A stretch of 23,907 nt of DNA from a bacterium. GTDB lineage: Bacteria; Oederibacteriota; PGYV01; Palsa-1178. Position 1 is the stretch's first letter. Each line of letters opens with the position of its first letter. A model generated the notes under the pieces. It was not told the origin of the DNA. It searched no databases and saw only the letters and a list, made by a program, of their open reading frames with translations. Position numbers and translations under genes: made by a program. Shown piece after piece: positions 15,369 through 23,907 of the stretch. The DNA lies in the NCBI GenBank assembly GCA_037138355.1, contig JBAXIL010000027.1, positions 1 through 23,907 on the forward strand. The letters run 5' to 3'.

Positions 15369-17510
15369 TCAAACTTTCCAATTATACAAATTAAAGAACT
15401 CGTCAGGTAATTGTATTCTAATTATCCCTTTTTCAGGAACTTTTTCTTTTTCTACTTCATTAACATTTAAAAATATCATAAGTGTTAATTCCTTATTATC
15501 CGTAATATTGCCTAATGATTCAAATGGTATTTTAGCTTCGAAAATATCACCTACGCTAAAACTAATATTGTCCTTAATTACATTGTGCGTTTCAATACCG
15601 CCCAATGTAAGATCAAAAATCACTCTTCCAGTATTATTTCCATCGGTCAAACGAACTTCCACCACCAAATCATTTACATCGACAACCTTTTCTATCATAT
15701 CAATTCTTAGATATAAAGAATTTAAATCAAAACCATATAAGACTTTCTGTACCATTTTAATAGATTTGTGCATGGCCCCGTTTTCTTTTGATAAATCCAC
15801 TATGCCTGCACCTTTCCATTCATAAAAATTAGTAATCATGCCATCAATTTCTGGCGAGATAAACATGGTCGGTGCTATCTCAAAAGATGAAGCTACTTTT
15901 GAAATAGGTATGTATAATTTTGCTGGTACATTTTCGCCAATTATTTTGTAAACATTAATCAAGTGCAATCTATATAAGTTATCAAACTCTGTATCATTTT
16001 TCGAAGAATGATCATCACCATACCACCAGTTCCAATCGCTCCCCTCTGCCGTATATATAGATTCCCAAGCTCGTTTTAATTTATCAATAGCCGTAGGATT
16101 TAATGCCTGCCATTTCACAAGATCGTCTCTGACTTGTTTCAGTAATTTCCATGAAGTTTTATCATCTTCATGCCCTATCCAAATATGAAAATCATGATTA
16201 ATCCACGAACCAGAATAGAGTTTATTTATTTCTTGCTTATTCATATAATTGTTCGTAAGTTCATTAATAGTTACTGTTTTAAAATCAGAATTTGTAGACA
16301 AAGCCATATACAATTCATTTAAAAAATCATTGCCGTCATTTTTATAATATTCCCAACAGTTTTCCCCATCCAAAATCACATTAACAGAGTGCTTTTTATC
16401 ATCTAAATGGTTCTTGATATTATAAAGTTCTTTAATAAAATGGTCGGCGGCTTCTTTAGGATTCCAACTCTGATAAGTGAACCCGATAAGATCAGATAAA
16501 TAATGATTACGAAATACCATATTAACTGGACCATAAGGAGTATTTACATAATATGGTTTATAAATAGTATCTTTTTCAAGCTTTACCTTTTCCAAATTCA
16601 TGGACTCCTTCAATATTTCTTCATCTGTAGCAGCCCACTTAATTCCGTTTTTAGCTAAGATATCCATAACTTCTGGCGAGACAGAACCCTCTGATGGCCA
16701 CATACCAACTGGCATCTTTCCAAATTTTTCTAAATAATATGTGATAGCTTTCTTTACCTGCATATCAGCATCTTCAGCATGACAATAATTAAAATCAAGC
16801 ACCATGCCAGGCATACTTATTTTTGCGGAATCACTATTGCACAAGAGAGGAAGTATAGGATGATAAAACGGCGTGGTAGATATTTCTATTTGCCCCCTGT
16901 CTTGAAGCTGCTTATATTTCGGTATTATCAATTTCATTATCTCAAGCTGTTGTTGTATTACATACTTTACTTCTTCTTCAGTAAATAGTTCAGCTTTTTT
17001 CTTTAATCTGTCGAGTTCTGGATACATATCCATAAAGATTGGATCTATCCAAGTGAGATTGAACCACATTTGTAAATCTCGCATTTCATCTACGGTAAAC
17101 AGCTTATGTATCTTTTTAATTTCATCAGGGTGAGAGTTTTCTCCCCTTTTCTTCAAAAGATAAGAATAACGCGGATACGGAAATACCATTGTCTCCCAGT
17201 TTGCCATAAAGAAATTATAAAGAATAAAAATACGCTCGGCTTCAGTTAATATTTCAACCGATTTTAATGATAAATCCATAAATATATCCGTAGTACCACT
17301 TAAATATTCCTCAATTTGAAGTAATAAAGAAGGTACAAGATTAAAATTTTGCTTTATGGCAGGATAGTTATCAAGTATTGCAGCCATGTCATAATAATCC
17401 TTAACAGCATGCAATCTTACCCACGGCAACACAAACTTATTTGTCTCTATATTTTTATAGTATGGCTGATGCATATGCCATAAAAAAGCAATTTCTAATG
17501 GCTGTTTCAT
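15369..17510 (-). CDS. Glycoside hydrolase family 57 (amylopullulanase/alpha-amylase-like)
   Basis: WHMHQPYY, PFYHPILPL, WPSEG (nucleophile Glu), ILDGENCWE (acid/base Asp), AEGSDWNWW; no signal peptide. Confidence 0.93.
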   Translation of the reverse strand: MKQPLEIAFLWHMHQPYYKNIETNKFVLPWVRLHAVKDYYDMAAILDNYPAIKQNFNLVPSLLLQIEEYLSGTTDIFMDLSLKSVEILTEAERIFILYNFFMANWETMVFPYPRYSYLLKKRGENSHPDEIKKIHKLFTVDEMRDLQMWFNLTWIDPIFMDMYPELDRLKKKAELFTEEEVKYVIQQQLEIMKLIIPKYKQLQDRGQIEISTTPFYHPILPLLCNSDSAKISMPGMVLDFNYCHAEDADMQVKKAITYYLEKFGKMPVGMWPSEGSVSPEVMDILAKNGIKWAATDEEILKESMNLEKVKLEKDTIYKPYYVNTPYGPVNMVFRNHYLSDLIGFTYQSWNPKEAADHFIKELYNIKNHLDDKKHSVNVILDGENCWEYYKNDGNDFLNELYMALSTNSDFKTVTINELTNNYMNKQEINKLYSGSWINHDFHIWIGHEDDKTSWKLLKQVRDDLVKWQALNPTAIDKLKRAWESIYTAEGSDWNWWYGDDHSSKNDTEFDNLYRLHLINVYKIIGENVPAKLYIPISKVASSFEIAPTMFISPEIDGMITNFYEWKGAGIVDLSKENGAMHKSIKMVQKVLYGFDLNSLYLRIDMIEKVVDVNDLVVEVRLTDGNNTGRVIFDLTLGGIETHNVIKDNISFSVGDIFEAKIPFESLGNITDNKELTLMIFLNVNEVEKEKVPEKGIIRIQLPDEFFNLYNWKV

Positions 17511-17537
17511 GTTTCTCCTTTAAGAGTTAATATAATG

Positions 17538-17567
17538 ATTATAGTATATATCATGATTAATTGGCAA
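17538..17567 (-). promoter_or_regulatory. Candidate sigma70 promoter for GH57-purD-purE-tsaC
   Basis: TTGCCA (17567-17562), 18 nt spacer, TATAAT (17543-17538), upstream of an AAGGAG RBS. Confidence 0.5.
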
Positions 17568-17649
17568 TGTTTTTTTAGCAGTTTGGTTTAATCAAGAAGG
17601 AATTGAGAATTTGCTAAATACTGTCTAATATGATAAAAGTCGTTTATCT

Positions 17650-19674
<2,025 letters not shown>

Positions 19675-19707
19675 TTAAAATTAAGGTAGGTCTTATTTAT
19701 AAAAGTC

Positions 19708-20343
19708 TTATTTTAACCGCTTTGCCTTTTTAAGCAATTTTTCTAATTGATTTACTTTTTTGCAAAGTTTAGATACTTCTATAGCTTCTATATCAGGCAA
19801 TTGCCCGTGTTGTAATGACTCTTCTGGATGTTTTTCACCTTTCCTCACTATGCGCGCTGGCACACCAACTGCAGTGGAATTGTCTGGTACATTTGTAATA
19901 ACCACCGAGCCAGCACCTATCTTAACATTATTACCTATTGTTATATTTCCGAGTACTTTTGCCCCTGCGCCTAAAACAATATCATTACCTAAAGTTGGAT
20001 GTCTCTTGCCTTTTTCCTTACCCGTTCCTCCTAAAGTAACGCCTTGGTACAAAAGAACATTATCCCCTATAATTGATGTTTCTCCTATCACGACTCCCAT
20101 ACCATGATCTATAAAAAATCTCTTCCCTATCTGTGCTCCAGGATGAATATCTATACCTGTAAAAAATCTCGAAAAAGCTGAAATCATTCGTGCCAATATT
20201 GTTAATTTAATTTTCCAAAAAAAGTTTGCTATTCTATGATTAATTATGGCATGCAGACCTGGATACATAAATATAACTTCAAATATATTTTTTGCTGCAG
20301 GGTCGCGTTCAAAAACTACTTTTATATCGTCAATGATAAACAT
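19708..20343 (-). CDS. cysE: Serine O-acetyltransferase
   Basis: [43 protein letters not shown]. Start ATG 20343, 7 nt after GGAG. Confidence 0.97.
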   Translation of the reverse strand: MFIIDDIKVVFERDPAAKNIFEVIFMYPGLHAIINHRIANFFWKIKLTILARMISAFSRFFTGIDIHPGAQIGKRFFIDHGMGVVIGETSIIGDNVLLYQGVTLGGTGKEKGKRHPTLGNDIVLGAGAKVLGNITIGNNVKIGAGSVVITNVPDNSTAVGVPARIVRKGEKHPEESLQHGQLPDIEAIEVSKLCKKVNQLEKLLKKAKRLK

Positions 20344-20376
20344 GAGCAATCTCCTTTTACATAAAATTATTAATAT

Positions 20377-21615
20377 CTACATAAACTTGCTTACAAGATA
20401 AAAGCTACCACCTATTAGAACAATTCCATTACCTGCCATTTTTCTTGCTACTTTTAGTGCTACTAAATTGTCTTTTTCAATCTGATAACTAATACCATAT
20501 TTTACTACATATTGTTTCATTTTTGCAATACTTATTGCCCTTGGATTGTCTATGCCAGTTAAAACAAAACTAATATTTTTATATTTTGAGGCATGATTAA
20601 AAATAGCCTCAGCATCTTTGTCTTTTAACAAGCTAAATACAATTATTGTAGGAATGCCATGACTTGACATATTCAAAGCACGCAAAACCTCTTTAAATGC
20701 TTCAGGATTATGTGCAACACTTAAAAAATAGCCCTTAGTGTTCTTTGTAAATCTTCCAGGAATTACAGTATTGATAACAGCTCTCTTAATCTTTTTCTGT
20801 TCAAATTTGTAACCTGCTTTATTTAAGACTTTAAGACAACTTAAAACTGTTGCTAAGTTATCTGCTTGTATTGGCTCTATCATTTTGGTTTGCAAAGATA
20901 TGTTTTTATAAATAGCCTTTATAAGTCCCTGCTCGTAAACTATTCTTTTAACAGGATAAAACTCATTTGCAAAAATTACTTTGTTGCCATATTTTCCTTT
21001 TACATATTTTTTTAAGCCCTTATCTCTGACATTTACTACCGCTTTACCTGTTCCTATTATCTCTGCCTTTTCTTTTAAAATTAATAATTTTGTTTTTCCA
21101 AGATAATCAGTGTGTTCAAGTGATATAGAAGTAATGACGCTTAATAGTTTATGTTTATATTCCATATTTGTTGCATCATATCTTCCACCCAACCCAGCCT
21201 CTATAACTGCCACGCTTACTTTTTCAACCTTGAATATCAAAAAAGCCAAAACAGTCAAAAACTCAAAATATGTAAGTTTAATATTATATTTATTTAAAAT
21301 TTGAAATAATTTTAGGCCTTCACTAATGAAAATAGATTCATTGACTTTAAGTCCATTGATAGCAATGCGTTCTTTTACATCAGTAAAATGCGGCGAAGTG
21401 TAGGTGCCTACCTTATGACCATGTTCTTTAAGGATATTTGAAAGGTACCAAGCAGTGGAACCCTTGCCATTGGACCCAGCTATATGAACACAATCATAAC
21501 TATTTTGCGGCGAGTTCAATAACAATAAAACAGTTTTTATCCGTTCTAAAGAAAAATCAAATTTAAATTCGTTTAAATCAGCAAGCCTTTTGTAAAACCT
21601 ATGCCTTGCCGGCAT
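20377..21615 (-). CDS. folC: Folylpolyglutamate synthase / dihydrofolate synthase
   Basis: HIAGSNGKGST, YTSPH, TYFE, EAGLGGRYDATN, VAHNP, GGSFYLV; overlaps the accD end by 17 nt. Confidence 0.95.
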   Translation of the reverse strand: MPARHRFYKRLADLNEFKFDFSLERIKTVLLLLNSPQNSYDCVHIAGSNGKGSTAWYLSNILKEHGHKVGTYTSPHFTDVKERIAINGLKVNESIFISEGLKLFQILNKYNIKLTYFEFLTVLAFLIFKVEKVSVAVIEAGLGGRYDATNMEYKHKLLSVITSISLEHTDYLGKTKLLILKEKAEIIGTGKAVVNVRDKGLKKYVKGKYGNKVIFANEFYPVKRIVYEQGLIKAIYKNISLQTKMIEPIQADNLATVLSCLKVLNKAGYKFEQKKIKRAVINTVIPGRFTKNTKGYFLSVAHNPEAFKEVLRALNMSSHGIPTIIVFSLLKDKDAEAIFNHASKYKNISFVLTGIDNPRAISIAKMKQYVVKYGISYQIEKDNLVALKVARKMAGNGIVLIGGSFYLVSKFM

Positions 21616-22471
21616 ATTTTTCTGTATTTAGCATTGTGGACAATGCATTGTAAATGGATTTTTTCATTTCCTTGCGAGTTACTATGTAATCAATCATTCC
21701 GTGTTCCTGTAAAAATTCTGCACGCTGAAATCCTGCAGGAAGTTTTTGTTTTATTGTAGCTTCAATCACTCTTGGACCAGCGAACATAATAAAGGCCTCA
21801 GGTTCAGCTATATTTAAATCCCCAAGCATAGCAAAAGAAGCAGTAACACCACCACCTGTTGGGTCAGTTAAAACAGATATGAACGGAAGACCTTTGTCAG
21901 CCAATTTTCCAAGCGCAGAAGATATCTTTGCCATTTGCATCAAAGACATAATACCTTCATGCATTCTTGCTCCACCACCTGAAGCAGAAACTATAATAAC
22001 CGGAAGCTTTTCTTTTATAGCAAATTCTACTAAAGCGGTGAGTCTCTCCCCCATGACAGACCCTAAAGAGCCACCCATAAAGAAAAAATCAGTCACCGCG
22101 AGTGCCACATTCATTTCATTTATTTTTGCCGTACCTGCAAGTACAGAATCAGTCAGATTTGTCTTTTTTACAGAGCTATCAAGTTTTTCCTGATACTGTG
22201 GAAATTTCAAAAAATCAACCGAGCGAACATCTTCAAACATTGAGACAAAGCTACCTGCATCAGTGAGTATCTCAATTCTTTTTTTAGCAGTTATCCTGCT
22301 GTGAAGTCCACATTTTGGACATACACTTAAGTTTTCATCAAGCTCTTTTTTCAATAATATAGCATCACACTTCTCACACTTAACCCACATTCCTTCAGGT
22401 ATTTTTGTTTCAGATCTATTGGTGGCCTTTCTAACTATCGTATACTTAGGCCTATGAAACCATGCTGTCAT
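21599..22471 (-). CDS. accD: Acetyl-CoA carboxylase carboxyltransferase beta subunit
   Basis: Zn ribbon CEKC..CPKC, FMGGSLGS, GGARMHEG, PTGGGVTASFA, FAGPRVIE. Start ATG 22471 behind AGAGGAG. Confidence 0.97.
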   Translation of the reverse strand: MTAWFHRPKYTIVRKATNRSETKIPEGMWVKCEKCDAILLKKELDENLSVCPKCGLHSRITAKKRIEILTDAGSFVSMFEDVRSVDFLKFPQYQEKLDSSVKKTNLTDSVLAGTAKINEMNVALAVTDFFFMGGSLGSVMGERLTALVEFAIKEKLPVIIVSASGGGARMHEGIMSLMQMAKISSALGKLADKGLPFISVLTDPTGGGVTASFAMLGDLNIAEPEAFIMFAGPRVIEATIKQKLPAGFQRAEFLQEHGMIDYIVTRKEMKKSIYNALSTMLNTEKYAGKA

Positions 22472-23907
22472 TATTATTTCTCCTCTGCGTTTTATTGTTA
22501 ATATCATGCCATTTTTTAAAGGCCTTAATCGCTACAGCTGTAAGTTCAGGATCAAATTGTGTACCAGAATGTTTTTTCAATTCATCTATACATTTTTCAA
22601 AAGGTAGCTCCACTCTATATGGTCTACTTGAAGACATAGCATCAAATGCATCAGCAATAGCCAATATTCTCGAAAAATATGGTATATTTTGACCTTTTAA
22701 TTTTGCGGGGTATCCTTTGCCATCAAATCTTTCATGATGAAATCTAATAGCAGGTATTATATGACGCAACTGCGGTATTGCTTCAAGAATATTTGCTGCG
22801 TATTCTGGGTGCTTCATTATTTCAACAAACTCTGCATCCGTTAATTTTGCAGGCTTTTGCAGTATGGATTCATCCACACCTATCTTTCCAATATCATGTA
22901 ATGTTCCAGCAAGATTCAAGTTTTCGGTTTCTTCTTCATTAAAATCAAGTTCTTTAGCAATTAGCTCAGCAAACATAGTAACGCGTTTTGAGTGACCGCG
23001 TGTGTACACATCTTTTGTTTCTATAGCCGCTGCAAGCGAAGCAATAGTATTTACAAACAGGTCTTTTACATTTGCATAAAGTCTGGCATTTTCTATAGCA
23101 ATCGCAGCCTGGTTAGCTAAGGCCTCAAGCATGTGCATATCTTCGTTTGTAAAATACTCATTATTTTTTTTATTTATAACTTCCATCACACCAATTAAGT
23201 TGTTTTTTGTCCTCAAAGGAACAGCCAAAACAGTTTTAGTTTTCAAATTGTAAATTCTTACTTTATTACCATGCAATCTCGGATCATTTTGCGCATCCTT
23301 TACCATGACACTTTTATTTTCACGAACTACCCAACCAGAAATCCCTTCTCCAGCCGGAACCTTAATACCTATAAGTTTTTCAAACATCAATCCCGAAGCA
23401 GCGGCAACTTTTATAATTTGTTTATCTTCATCCAATATCTTAATGGCGCCAGCTTCAGATCCAAGTGTATCTTTTGATATACTTAATATCATTTCAAAAA
23501 GTGTTGCAATATTAAAAGTAGAGTTAACATACTCAGTAAGTTCCATAAGATGCTCTAACCTATGTATTCTATTTTTATTTTCTGTCACAAACTGTGCATT
23601 TTTTATGATTATGGCAATATTATTTGTATAAGCAGAAATTATAGCAATATGATTTTCAATAAAACCTTTACCATCATTCTTATTAAGCAACTCCACTACT
23701 CCAACTGTATCATCCTCGAACTTCAAAGGCACACACAATACATTAGGGCTTATATTTATTTCAGTTTTGCTAATTTCAATATTATTATTTTTCTTTATCG
23801 TTGGTGTAATAATTGGCCTTCCAGACTTTACTACCGCTTCAGCAATACCCATACACACCTTCAACTTACGGTTACTTAACTTACCTTCAGCTACTCCCCG
23901 TTCTACT
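22452..23907 (-). CDS. Multi-GAF HD-GYP cyclic-dinucleotide phosphodiesterase (5'-truncated by the window)
   Basis: Two GAF segments (LCVPL...VGVVELLNK; GEGISGWV...LAVPL...MEVINK), then YTRGHSKRV, LHDIGKIG, HHERFDGKGYP, ADAFDAMSS.RPY. Frame stays open from 23864 to the window edge (VERGVAEGKLSNRK), so the true start is upstream. Confidence 0.93.
   Translation of the reverse strand, partial: VERGVAEGKLSNRKLKVCMGIAEAVVKSGRPIITPTIKKNNNIEISKTEINISPNVLCVPLKFEDDTVGVVELLNKNDGKGFIENHIAIISAYTNNIAIIIKNAQFVTENKNRIHRLEHLMELTEYVNSTFNIATLFEMILSISKDTLGSEAGAIKILDEDKQIIKVAAASGLMFEKLIGIKVPAGEGISGWVVRENKSVMVKDAQNDPRLHGNKVRIYNLKTKTVLAVPLRTKNNLIGVMEVINKKNNEYFTNEDMHMLEALANQAAIAIENARLYANVKDLFVNTIASLAAAIETKDVYTRGHSKRVTMFAELIAKELDFNEEETENLNLAGTLHDIGKIGVDESILQKPAKLTDAEFVEIMKHPEYAANILEAIPQLRHIIPAIRFHHERFDGKGYPAKLKGQNIPYFSRILAIADAFDAMSSSRPYRVELPFEKCIDELKKHSGTQFDPELTAVAIKAFKKWHDINNKTQRRNNNDSMVS

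Overview
AT-rich (roughly one-third GC by eye) bacterial chromosome segment in which every supported gene lies on the minus strand. In transcription order (right to left): a 5'-truncated multi-GAF HD-GYP phosphodiesterase, accD, folC, cysE, ligA, a GH57 glycoside hydrolase, purD, purE, tsaC, a ferredoxin with its terminator, then a sigma70 promoter and compact cobalamin riboswitch controlling a histidine phosphatase (CobC-like)-cobO-btuF-btuC-btuD-btuB corrinoid uptake operon, a GGEEF diguanylate cyclase, truA, polA, coaE, an ECF sigma factor, and a 3'-truncated gene missing from the ORF track. That last gene looks like a membrane anti-sigma factor with an extracytoplasmic CBM11/CIA30-like domain. 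The most promising signal is this ECF/anti-sigma module: it has a possible signal-peptidase site right after the TM helix and an ECF-type promoter (CGCAAC-N16-CGTT) overlapping the 3' end of the sigma gene. Also notable are the riboswitch (kissing loop, terminator and antiterminator readable by eye) and a heptamer-periodic G-U hairpin upstream of purD. I saw no rRNA, tRNA, CRISPR array or mobile element. All family calls come from motif recognition by eye; no searches were run.
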